Positions 25,934-55,080 of a stretch of 64,000 nt of DNA are shown here, one piece after another. The notes under the pieces were generated by a model. That model did no database searches and was not told the origin of the DNA. It worked only from the letters and a program-made list of their open reading frames with translations. Where the stretch lies: contig NC_134031.1 of assembly GCF_964204645.1 (NCBI RefSeq), positions 3,720,001 through 3,784,000 of the forward strand, given 5' to 3'. How positions within the stretch are numbered: position 1 is the stretch's first letter; every line of letters starts with the position of its first letter. The position numbers and the translations under genes are program-made. The stretch comes from Tubulanus polymorphus. Taxonomy: Eukaryota; Animalia; Nemertea.

Positions 25934-27250
25934 ATGACCAAAACTCAGCCCTTATTCGGAGGTGCCTTATCTGTCAATCTGCCCAACACAATCGTTGATG
26001 CCAGGTAAGATTAGCCTGAATGAACAGATGAATATTTCGGCCCTACCTACGATCAAGTTAATAATTGCGGCCAATTCAATTCTGTTTTTATTGATCATGA
26101 AATTAATGTAGTCTAGAATAAATCAGATTTCACCTTTTTACGTAAAGTTGAAAGAAGGGTTCATCTTTGTATGATATATCTTGCATACTTTTTAGTTGCC
26201 GATATTGTTCAGGCGCCATGTTTTTGTCTACTGTCTAAATTTTTGCATCTGATTTTCTACTTTTACAGCGATGTTCGACAAATACCAGACAATCAAGAAG
26301 TGTTCATGAACAACTTCGACCAAACGATGATCGTTGAAATATTGGAATATGTTCAAGAACCTGATGAACAGGCATTAAAGTAAGCTATCCCTATCTTAGT
26401 TTTACCAAATTTTCAAATCTGAAAATTATTATAAATTTATTGTACCGCTCCTATTTTTGTTTCGCAGGACACATTTCTACGATATAACTCAAACCGGTGA
26501 TGAAGGCACGGGGATTGAAATTTTAAACGCGGAAAAAGTTGAATCCTATTCAATGACTCAGTAAGTTTTGGGAATTGCGAAAATTTCCCATTCTTTTTAA
26601 AGGAATTATTTTGAGTCTCTGTTTTGTTTTCCTACTCAAGGTGCAGCGGTGTTTATTACATCAGCGGAAAATCTCACGTCGCCAAATTCAAAGAAGACGC
26701 CCGTAACGAAGTGGAAACTCATATAGCTATGTTTCGTCTGCCGCAATTCACTACAGATATCCTCATTAACTTCACATCGTCTTGTTTAATAAAGTAAGTC
26801 AATATTATCAGAACTCGCGGAGAAAGCATACGTACTTACCATATTTTTAAAGCTATTCTAAATGAAACTTGGTACATATTATCAGGGATCTTATACTGCA
26901 GCACATTCCAAATACCATGTGACTTGGGGACCTATGCCTTAAGTTGAAATTGAAGCCACTACTAGCAAACCTGCTAACTTTCCTATACTAGATAATCCTA
27001 TTGTTCTAAGTCGTCATGGAAATATTCAAATCCTCAAAATTGCTAAAATTTTTGAGAAAATAAACATTAAAGATTGATGTTTATCACATGCATGCCAATC
27101 CCAATAACTTTGAACTGTTTTTTTTGCAGCCCTGAAAGCAGTAGTTATAAACAAGTAGATGCAGCTGGAATGTCTCAGAGATGGACGATTGAAGATTTCA
27201 CCCGAGCTGTCTCGTCTCTTACCCTTATCGATGCCGGGCTGTTCGGATAA
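25934..27250 (+). CDS. RANGRF: Ran guanine nucleotide release factor MOG1, 5 exons
   Basis: Exons 25934-26004 (PLFGGALS..DAS), 26269-26379 (DVRQIPDNQEVF..IVEILE), 26468-26560, 26641-26793 (VAKFKE..FRLPQFTTDILI) and 27130-27250 (..DAGLFG*). Phases are consistent and the Mog1 motifs are present. Confidence 0.95.
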
Positions 27251-27952
27251 TTTCAATCTATTTTCCAAGATTGTTCCATGTTTTTATATTGTACTTTAGT
27301 TAATGTATTTTCACAAAATAAACCACCAACTTATTGTTTGATATAAAAATCTTTTCGTTCCATATACAAACACTTAAAACTTGCCAGCCAAACCGGGCCT
27401 GTCAAAATCGTTCAGAGTTAAGTGAAAGTCTGAGTTAAAGACTTGGGAAAATACTTAAGGAAGTCCAAAAATGATTTGGTTTTTGTCTACAATTAGGCGC
27501 GGCCAAGTTGTTTGGCCAACGAGAATTTCCAGCTCAAACCTGTACCTGCTCGAGAGGATTCCTAAAACACCCAATTCAACAATTTCTTTGGCACATCCTG
27601 TAGGATTTTTTAAGACCAGTGAAGAACTATGACAATATGCTGACCTGACTACAGCTACTATCGGAGCTCTTTTCGAGCTCAACCACTTCAAAAAAATTAT
27701 CAAAGTACTCAAATAATTTCTAGTTAATTTTCCATGAAACGACTATTTTTTTAAATGAAATAACTGCAAACTACCACAAATAGATATAAAAGGTAATCTG
27801 GTCTGCACATGATGAAACCCAGTGACTATTTATTTTAGATATTTATTTACAACTTGCTGTACAATTCATCAAGTCCTGAACTACAGTCTACGTTAAAGTA
27901 CACAGTTCAGTTAACACACAGATAATTAAAGTTAGAAAATCTTGACCTATTT

Positions 27953-30900
27953 TCACGAAGTCGACACCTCAGGATGTACTTCCTCGTAACTCTGCAGTGC
28001 CAGTTCGATGTCCCCTTGTTGATGATGAGTGGCGTCTTTTTCGGCGTAAATCTGAATCAAAATTATATTAGATAAGATTTTTAATCCGGCAAAATACCGG
28101 GTAGATGAGGTGATAATAGTATAGTACAGTAAGACTTCTTACTCTTAACTCAAACTCATTAGTGAAATAATCATGATCAAATATCTTAGAAGAATTGCAA
28201 TGGTTTATCGAGGAGTCTACTATATGTGTGATACAGTACGTACCTTGATAAGTTCTAATGAGTCCATTGAAGCGTTATCTTTGATCGTTTGCGACGTAGC
28301 ACATTCCGGGTGAACTATCGTGTACAATCTCACTAAATCTGCAGCATTATCTAGTCTGAAAACGAGGAAAATCTTTATGACGGTTTCATTTCACTAAATC
28401 TGACGGACGACCAAACTGCCATCTTGAATCTGATGATGGGTCTTATCGGAGACATCGATATAACAAACTTCAATACAATGTCCTGAGGATTTTTAAAAGT
28501 GTACAATAAGTATTTTGAAGACGAAAAGTAATTTACTGATTTTGGCTAACGAAAAGGCCATCACAATTTCTAGTTGGCAAAAACAATTGAATAAAACTTA
28601 ACAAATGGACAAAGTGACTGCTGATGCCTTCAGTGAGCTAAAAATCTGGATTGATCATTGGTTTTGACAGTAATTGAAAGAATCATTTCACACTCAATGT
28701 ACTTACAAATCGCTCTGTAATGTATCGACCAGTAAGTTGTTGATTGTTTTTTGAATCGTGAAGTGTAGAGTCATGCATCCGAAATGCCGCGTCGAACGCA
28801 AATGATCGAAATGTTTTTTGTCATTGATGAAATCGTAAACTTTGTGCGTAATCTGAAATGACCAAAGGTTGAACACACAATGCAGGAGTTTATCCGGGAA
28901 TCAGTTGCGAATTATGGTGGTGACAGAGTTTCTTGGTCGAAGGTTCTTCTCTGGTCTCTAGTCTCCCATTGGGAATAAGAAACATCGAACCCGCTAATAA
29001 TGCCCAGCATGGCGCTCAATGGGTCGAGGGTGTTAAAAATCTTTTTAAAATAAGTTGTGAATTATTATATAAGTGTCTATCTGCAGCTCTGAATCATCCC
29101 TTCAGATATTCACCATCATTGGGTGAAGCCTGACATTCAATCTTTGAAAGTGTGTGGATATAAAACGTCTGTAGTCCATTTCTAATTAAAGCTGTCTGAA
29201 GCGAAGGCTGGACGATCACTTTTAATATTGAAAGTGTGCTCATAAAATGTTTGTTGTGTCTACTGTTTGTTGTTCATTTTTAATGAAAACATAGGTGAAC
29301 TTGGAAGAATGGCAAGTGATGAAGGGTCCACTATCTGAGGGAGTGGGTTCAGCAGATTGTTTCTAGTGTTAAGCTCTTGAGATCTTCTTAAACAGGGTTC
29401 ATAATCTCACTCACATGAATATAATGCGGATCATCCGGTTCAAACTGGATCAATGCTCTTTCCAGAATGTACTCATAACGCTCCTCTTTCAGTATTCTCT
29501 ACAATGAAAATAATCAATATGAATAGTGACTAAAAGGATATTGAAGGTATTTAATCTGTTATCATCAAATTGTACTGTGAGTTCTAGATCACAATGCATA
29601 GTGAAACAAGAAACATGGTTTCAGGAAGCAATGTTTCTGAAATTAAACATGTTTGATTCCATTTTTCTGTTTAGCGTTCGAAATTTGTTACTGCTTACGT
29701 TTAAATGTTCCTCTTCAAACATATGCGGGGTGCGGAGTTTACGTCCATGTTTCGGGAAGTAAATTTGCAGAGCTTTTTGCCGTTCGGCCCAGGAAGCGTT
29801 GCGCAAAGTTCCATCTGGTTCTCGAGCAATTATAAGTCGTTCCTATTGAACAGAAGAAAAGACAGTATATCGAACTGCAGTAATGCATTTGTATCGTAAC
29901 AGTGTTCTCCATATGTTAGAATTGTAAAGAAGCTGCATTCATTGATAAGTGTTAGACGTCGTGGCTATTGGCTTTCAATCCCCCAAAAGATACAGAAACT
30001 TAGGCTTAATTTTTCTTCTATTTAACACATAAGCTAAATGTATTTCAAAGCAATCATCAGCATTGATAGAATATTGACATCCACTCGGGTAAGGGCTGCA
30101 GATATTTAATGAGGGTTGGCTGATTCTCAGAGGGTGGATGTAAAAATGGAAGGGGTGGCCGCCTTTCTAAAACCTGTAATTGAGAGCACCGCATTTACTC
30201 ACCCTATCCGAATGACCCGGAGAAATGTCCGTGAACAAAAATTTACAGTCGTCCAATCCTTCGAGTTCAGGGTTTTTTGTCAGAACTGTTTCTATTTGTT
30301 TTCTCGGGTTCATTACCGGAGGCATCTTTAACTTGTTGACGACTGTTTTCATCGCTTCTGCTTGTACCTAGACGAAATGACAATTGTGAAAAATTAATAT
30401 GGAAGAAAATCAAAATGAGCTAGAAATGGGCCGAATCGATTGCAAAAACACTTTTTATAAATGAACATTAGAAAATGAGATTTATATTTTTATCACTTCT
30501 AAGGACTTTCAAACTCTCAGCATAAGAATTACCTGTTTTAATTGTTCATCGGAAAGAAGTTCATATTTCGGCGGTTTCAACCTTTCTTTGCGAGGTCTGT
30601 TCACCTTGTGTGCGTCTATACCGGTGATCTTGAGTAGTATTTCTTGCACTCGCGGGTTGAGAAAAATGCCTTCGACATCTCTGATGACGCTTGTTTGTTC
30701 CGTTACTACAATGAAACGAAATCAGCAGCATTGCATTTATTTTAACTTTGAAAATGAAGCAAGTTATGACACCGGCGATGATGATTTTTTTCACAACTGG
30801 CTGGCTTGGCTTCACTTAGCTCCTAGCTTCCTACCACTCTAGCCCTAGTCTGTAACCTGTCTGTCTGAGACTGCTGTTTACCACAATTAGATATTTTCAC

Positions 30901-31272
30901 TATCAAAGCTTTACTGCCACAGGCAGAGAAGGTAACTAACTAACTACCTAACCCTAAGTTAAACTGATGCAAAATACACCGCGGCTACTGCATTCTTGCA
31001 AACAAAAATACTTAAACAGCTCAATCAGCATTAAAAATTTTAAACGTTTCCATTCGGTAATTAGTGTGCTTCATGCAACATTTCGGCAAATATTGGTGAT
31101 ATTCGTGACGTTTTAAATGAGTTATCTTACTTTCAGTTGGCGAATCATCTTTTCTGTTTGTCGTAGTATGTATTCCCGAGGAGCTAGCATTCCAAAATCT
31201 AGTTTTTCTCCCAGATATTTGCAAAAATTCACATTTTCTGAAGAAATTCACAATTTTCATGGTGGCTGACAT
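27953..31272 (-). CDS. MRPS22: Mitochondrial ribosomal protein S22 (mS22), 8 exons
   Basis: Exons 31272-31131 (presequence-like), 30705-30533 ([19 protein letters not shown]), 30367-30203 ([13 protein letters not shown]), 29842-29699 ([20 protein letters not shown]), 29498-29415 (QFEPDDPHY), 28852-28707 (LRSTRHFG), 28355-28244 and 28051-27953. Confidence 0.95.
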
Positions 31273-31497
31273 TTTTACAAAGCATGCCGGGAATCTGCTC
31301 TTTATCGGACATACTTTTTGCGATAAAACGTGATTTGATTAAAAGAAATCATCAAGCTATACATCCAAAACCATGTCATGGCTGATTATTCGTTATCATT
31401 TGATTCTTAATAGACTGATTTGAATTATTAAAATTGTGTAAATAAATGTAAATTGAATTGTGACAGCTATCGCCATCTATCGAGGAAGAAACCCACT

Positions 31498-31515
31498 TAG
31501 CAACGCTGTAGCAAC
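31498..31515 (+). promoter_or_regulatory. Two RFX X-box half-site motifs upstream of CFAP107
   Basis: TAGCAAC at 31498-31504 and 31509-31515, 55-70 nt upstream of the ATG of a ciliary gene. Confidence 0.55.
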
Positions 31516-31570
31516 AACGCTGTCACTTACTAGGCTCTTTTTATTGAAATATAGCTAAAACCGAAGAAAA

Positions 31571-48457
<16,887 letters not shown>

Positions 48458-51400
48458 ATATACGTCATCAAATCATGTGAAATCTTCCGTATTTTTGCCG
48501 AAAAAAATTATGATGAGTAAAAAAATATATTTCTAAATCGAATCGAGTGCTACGTTAATATAATAATGCAATAAATCATATATTTGAATTCCCATGAAAC
48601 ATAATCACATTATTAGGCATATTCACTTTCCATATCTCGCTGATTTTGTCACCAGGTGGCAGTCCTGTAGTTTCTAGTTGTTAGATTGGCTATCGAACTA
48701 ACATGGTCTTAGAGTCGTCTTAAATCTAAGCCCTGACTACGAGACCGACCACTGGAGTCAGTTTCATGGAAAAGCTTTAAGCTCAAAACGGTTAAGAGCG
48801 AATCCATTATCTTCATTGAAAACATGGAGTTACTGATAGCATCTTAGCCAAAAATTTTGAGCTCAAGTTTTTCGAGAAGTTTCGTTGGGGAATTTCAGAA
48901 TATTGAATTCTTTCAGTGCTTGTTTGGATGGTTATACTGTGATATAAAGACCTCTTTTTGCCTTTTCAAATCTTCTTACTAAATAATTAGAATATGTAGA
49001 TGCAGATTTTTTAAATATTATGTAAAATCGACTGTAAAAGTATCTTGCACTAGTGGAGTGCTGTTTTTAGCAAATTTATGGAAAATTTTTTAGAAAAGCA
49101 ATAAGTAATGTATCATTTTGATTAGAAAAATAAGAAATACTTTTTTGTAAAAAATTGGACCCACTTTCACTGTTGATAGGCTTAAGCCACGTTCACACTA
49201 TGTTCTAATTTCAGAACGGACCAATTAAGATCGACCAAAAAGATTGACCCAGTTCCATTCTAAATGTTAGAACAGACCATTTCTCTTGTGTTCGACTGGA
49301 GTGTTGGGTCAAGCTGGACCCAGTGATGAACAATCATTTGGTCTAATGTGAATTGGTGCATTCCAGGTAGAGGCCAGTTTTAACAAGTGATAGTTTGAAT
49401 GCAGTGCCCTTTAAACTTGTGCCAGGTCTCCTGCTGCAGCCTTCATCAATACATTCCATTTACTATCTTATACTTTTAAACATTGCTCGATACTTTTTAC
49501 GGTGAATGCCTATTTTTATATGAAAGATAAAAGAATGTTGCCAGCCAAGGACACTGTGATAAATTAATTACTACTCATAATTAATTGTTGTTGATTATTA
49601 TTATCATTATTAGTAATATATTTATTAGAATTGATACGATTTCATATCATGCATAAAATTGAGTGCTGTCAATTTTCAAGTCAATGTATTGATTGATGAC
49701 TTGAAGTTTTTTTTCAATAATTTGCTTCATCTCAGGGGTACATAGTGCCTACCTCTTTTAGGACATAACATGACCCCAGATTCTGGGATATGGGCTTCTC
49801 CAAACCATCATTTTTCGAACAGTTCTATACCAATTCAAAGCATTGTCAGAGGGTCTTCTTTTGTTAAAGTTATGTTGAATCAGAGCCTTTCGTGAAATTT
49901 CTTGGATTAGGCCTAGTACTTATCTAATTATGATTCGATTATTTAGTAACTGTATTGGGGGGAGGATATTGGGAACCAGAGGCTGTAAATACTTACGTAT
50001 CCCTTATTGTAAATAGGTATGAAAAAAATTTGTGGCGTCAAGCGTCACATGGTCCAAATATGGAAATGATTGGCTTCTATGCATCAAACGTTTTATCACA
50101 ATGTATAGTAGAAACTATTTCAGTATCCATCCAAAACTCGAGAAACATTCCAATGAAAATCATCCAACGATTTTACTGCTAAGATTGTTAACCGTAAAAT
50201 TAAGACAATTTTGATCGTTTTGAAGTCAACCACCTGTACAGATCGATTCTTTACTTTTAACGATGTTTTGTTTAAGATGGCTTTGAAACTACTTTTATAG
50301 TATCTAGAAGATGTACGGATAGATTCTATAGAATAGTTTTGATTTAGATTGTGTTATTAATGGTTTAATTTTTCGCCCAGTTAATTCCCAAAGACAAGAA
50401 TACGTGCAGATTTATCAGTCGTATGATCAAAGATGTCCATGGAAGCAAAAACCTTTGGCTAAAAAGTCTGAGGCCGATTTCAAAGGCATTATAACTTAAA
50501 CTCTGACGGTAAATAAACTCAATTGACTTAAAGTTAACTCCACAGCGTCAAAGTTTAAAACCTCTTTGAAACTGGCTTCTTTTTCTGTGGACTAACTGCT
50601 CATTAGAATATTTTTTATCGCCGCATTGCGACATTTACGCAGGCATGATTTTCCTGGATTGTACGTTGATACTGCGAACTTAAGGAATGCGCATTGCACA
50701 CACTTCGCTTCGCCTAGGGTTTTAATGGTTTTTAAACGGTGCAATAATCACGTCGGTTTTATTTACTTAAACGGTAGTTTTTCGAATTTGTCCATGTCAA
50801 AAAAATACTCATTAATCTTATAGACACATTTGTGGTCTAGACTGCTGAATTAAAGACAAAAAGATTAATTGTAAAAAGTGATGATGATTTAGTTTTGTAA
50901 AAAAAAAGGAAACAGGTTTTCTATATTGCCCTGTGAAGTAGAACTGATAGATAGTCTTCCGGGGGGCACAGTCCCCTTGGAAAACAGTTAGGAACGTACC
51001 CTGGAACCAGAACCAGAAGCCAATTCCACAGTTTTGGGTTCCATAATGGACTTTTTAGAACTCTACTCAAGTCAGACCTAACTGTGGAACTGGCTTCAGT
51101 ACAACATTCAACTTAGCAGTTAAATGACTTGGTAGAGTAAACCTTGTCTTACTCTGACAAACTGGGACCAGTAGAAGTGGTCCTAGGTTAATGAGGTCCA
51201 AGTAGAGGATAGCAAAATATGTTAGCAAGTCACAAAATTCCGAATTAGCCAAAAGTCTTGAGTTAGCCATGTCAGAGTGAGGCGAAGTTTACTGTAATCA
51301 ATAAATGAGTTTTTGAGTAAATCTAGAATGTGTCATCTCGGCTACCGATTCACAGGGCTTTTATAGCAAAAGTTATTTTTTGGATTGCGGTGTCTACCTA

Positions 51401-52639
51401 CATAACTAATCTAATTGTTGTAGTTGGAGTTTGAATTGCTAACACTAATAATAAGATTACGGTCACAGTTTTGTCCTCATGTGTGTCACACATTTTTGTA
51501 CATGGAACGATTTTACCCACCCATATTATCACGCGCGCGCGCGAGCGCTTATCAAGGAGTAATCTAACCAAAGAACAAAATACATATTTACGCATCTTCG
51601 TTCGAAGTTTTAAAAGTTTAAAACTCACCTGGGGGTCAGTTACCACATGTAAATCGGAAATAATGCATCAGTTGTTGAGATTTCAACTTCGTTTAAGACC
51701 TCAGACCACTGACTGAGAGATATTTTGTCTCCACGGCTAGGAACCCATAGCTACAAGACAGAAGCTTGGCAACCAGAAAGAGCCATAGCAATCAAGAAAA
51801 ATCCACCATTCTGTTTATGATGATAGAGGTTTTTGGGTTTTTTTAACCGGCCTCTAGGTTCTAGACCTTCTTGTGAGTTTCCGCAATACAAAGCGCTGAA
51901 GCAATGCACCTTCTTATCACTAACACATTTTTGTTGATGTTTTTTTTTCTGAATTATTTGAATGATTTTAGATATTTGTATAGTTTGTCTCTTGTCTAAT
52001 TATAATCGTTATCAATGCAAAATATTGAAAAAGTGTTTACTATTTACTATTGATATCTATGTCTATTATAGAGCCATGTACAGATATATAGAATGATTAA
52101 ACACTCCCTCCTGAGTCAGAAGGGAGTGTTGTGTAAATTTGAATAGGTGTTTGTGTGTATCCATATCGACAGAATGTAGTTGTTGCCTAGGACCCACAGT
52201 TAAAATGGTTTTGTTGAACTCTGAGGAACAAAATTAGTTCATTTCTAATGATTTCCTCACAGAAAAGCTTTAAGTCATAAGTAAATTGACATATGATGAA
52301 CTGAATGAATTGCACTGATTTAAATGTTAAAATGTTGAACACTCTTGTGGAATCCAATCCTGGAGTCTAAATTTTATTCAACCTACGGAATATCTTCATG
52401 AATGATTGATTCTTTCAAGACTCAATCAGCAGCTTTGGCTCAGAAAGATATTCGGGAAAAGACTCAAAATTTTCAATCAAATAATTTGCAAAATTCTCGC
52501 ATAACTGTGCAGAACTAGGTTCTGGTTTTTAGACTCTACAATGTCTGTCAATCAATTGGGTAGTTTGAATGTATTAAGAGTATTGATTGTCGTTATGTGT
52601 AAATTTAACTTGCGAGTTTTCGAGCTCGCAAAAAACATC

Positions 52640-53204
52640 GTCCTATCAGCTAATCCGTCCATGATTTAGCGATTACCATCTGGTCGCGTGGTTGGTCGGT
52701 GTCCCTGCTACCACTGCGCCAAGGTGGATGTTTTTGTATTTGATTTATATATATATTTATGATATTGTGTAATTGTCTTATGTTTTTACAAACCTTCAAA
52801 ATTCAAACTTTAGCAGACATGAATTTCTGGCATCAGTCCAAATTTGAAAAACTTTCCAAAACTGATATGATTCCTGCTACTGTTTGCATTTTTTTGTGGT
52901 TTTATGGTTTTATGAAGCTAAGCTGCTTTTCTAGTGTGAGAGAAATCCCTAAATTCAGTGATGATCTTTTTTGACATCTCGAATGAAGCAGGGTGTCCTT
53001 ATCAGTAAATCCGTCCATGATTAATAATGCTGATTCATTATGTATATAATATTGATGTTTGTGTGTGATGTATCTTCAAATGAAAAGCTGAATTTTGAGA
53101 ATGTAAATCTGTGGTTTTGCCTATATTTTCCAAAATGTTATACTGATTTTCATATCATGAAAGAATCATGAATTTTGTCCTTTTTTATCAGTGAATTCCA
53201 TCCA
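52640..53204 (+). promoter_or_regulatory. Cluster of three extended miR-184-complementary sites (candidate TDMD trigger or sponge)
   Basis: GTCCTATCAGCTAATCCGTCCA (52640-52661), GTCCTTATCAGTAAATCCGTCCA (52995-53017) and GTCCTTTTTTATCAGTGAATTCCATCCA (53177-53204), compared with the miR-184 reverse complement GCCCTTATCAGTTCTCCGTCCA. Confidence 0.75.
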
Positions 53205-54914
53205 TGGTTAGCTAACTGCTCCAACATAAAGAGACTAGCAGGATGAAGACCTTGTTTAAAGGAGTTTCATTCTGCCAGCACTTTTTACAGTTGGAGAGTT
53301 ACAGTATACCACAATGCTGAATTTATTATAATCTATTACTGTATCCATATCATACATATATAGGCCTAAATATCGTGTCTAAAATTGTTTTTAATTTATT
53401 TTTAATGTTTTTAGTAGAAATTTCTTCATCTACACTTCGTTGATGTCGACCATATTGTAGCCCTTGAGTCTAGTGTTGACTGGGCGTATATTGTCTGAAT
53501 CTTCGCTGATTTTGTAAAATGTCTTTTTTAAACGATTTTCAACGACCAATATTTGTTGATATTCTATGATATTCCAGATGATGACTGCGATTATGAGTGT
53601 TATTCGTAACAATGATATTTGCTGTTGAAACAATTGTAGAGATATTCTACTTGTGGTAGTGTTACAATAAATAGTCAAAAATAGATCAGTTGTTTTAACA
53701 AACTTCTTTCTTCAGACTTATTCATGTTGCTAGGAGATATTATCGAGAAACCTTTACAATGCATTTGTGAAGAAATGCTCAAGGATCATCCACAAGTAAG
53801 AGGTTCATGTAGTTCCATTCGTTTGAATCCACTGATTCTGCCTATAGATGTCTTGGTGGCCATGTGCCTTTCCACGCCATATTTTTGGTTGTACGCAATA
53901 AGTTAATGCCTTGATCCAGTCTACTCACTACGTAAGGGAAGACGACACCCTAACAGCAATCCTGTTGTATGACATCGGATATCTCCATCAAGTTGTGTTG
54001 TAGACTCAGGGGTGGGTTTGCACACTCTACCGAGGTACAGGGGGGGGGGTAGGGGGTGTACATGAGTCTTGCAGCCACTAAACGATGTTTATGAATCTCC
54101 TGGTTATGTTGTTGTTATGTATGACAAGTCTACAGGGCAGCACTGGTTGGCAAACGATGGCATCACATCCTACTATAGACCTCTATAGGCCTTCTTGTGG
54201 CTTACAACCAAGACTTGATGGACTCTAAAACATTCTAGAGTCCTTGGGCCAGTTCCCCAGTCGTCGTGACTTAAGTCCAAAAGTGGTCTTACATCTTGAA
54301 GTTGTTAGATTGGCTGTAGAACTAAGTTGGTCTTAGACGGGACTTAGTCAAAGCCATGACTCCGCAACTGGCCCCCCTTACGTCTACCTGGCATAGAACA
54401 CCCAGATTGGTTTGCAAGAAATCTAGCTTCTCTACTAAATGATCGAAACTGTGAAAACAACCCCGATCCAGGTACATGTGCGTGCCAAGTGAAGTCCAAG
54501 AGTATTCTCGTTGCGTGGCAACCCAAGGACCATCTAGAATAAAATTCATCTTCACTCAGGACCTTGTGTACGAAATAGATCTGAATCTAGCAAAGTAAAA
54601 TAGTCAACAAGAAACACAGCTGATGTATATTACATAAATTGATACGATATTTATATATTTTAACATATCAAATTTTACAAGTTTTCCAAATATATGATAC
54701 AAATATTAACATCTCCGTCGTCACTGATTTCAGCAGAAAAAGTGATATTTATCTATTATCAATGAATACACAAGCACAATACCCAGTACTTATTGAACAA
54801 GATGGGTGAATATTATTCCGACTAACATGAAATATTCCTTCTCTTTCGACGCGAAACTTCACATATTCACCCACATCTTCACATATTCCCTGAATTTTAA
54901 ACCATTGTCTAGTG

Positions 54915-55080
54915 CAGTAGAACGCGCTTAATTTGAATCAATTCATCCGATTTATAAGAAATCTGTTTCAAACATCGTACTTTTCATTAACATTAATGTA
55001 TAGGTTAGAACGACTATAGATGATGTCAAGATGAGATCAAAATGCGGATTAAACTGATCCAGATCAAGCGGGTTTTATCG
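54915..55080. mobile_element. Degenerate Tigger-like MITE; related copy at about 61170-61280
   Basis: Imperfect TIRs CAGTAGAACGCGCTTAAT ... ATCAAGCGGGTTTTA. The internal GATTAAAC.GATCCA..T.AAGCGGGT is shared with 61270-61296. Confidence 0.55.

Noticed and set aside
30947-30957. CCTAACCCTAA telomere/template-like motif in MRPS22 intron 1
   Set aside because: An isolated 11-mer with no supporting structure.
49500-49510. CGGTGAATGCC, identical to the miR-124 3' half
   Set aside because: The seed half is absent and there is no hairpin.
50411-50442. Possible fourth miR-184 site (TTATCAGT ... GTCCATGG)
   Set aside because: Incomplete seed match and an over-long spacer; not distinguishable from chance.
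52995-53017. A miR-184 gene or paralog on the - strand (TGGACGGATTTACTGATAAGGAC)
   Set aside because: None of the three copies has a complementary arm close enough to form a pre-miRNA hairpin, and the differences concentrate at nt 9-11, as expected of target sites.
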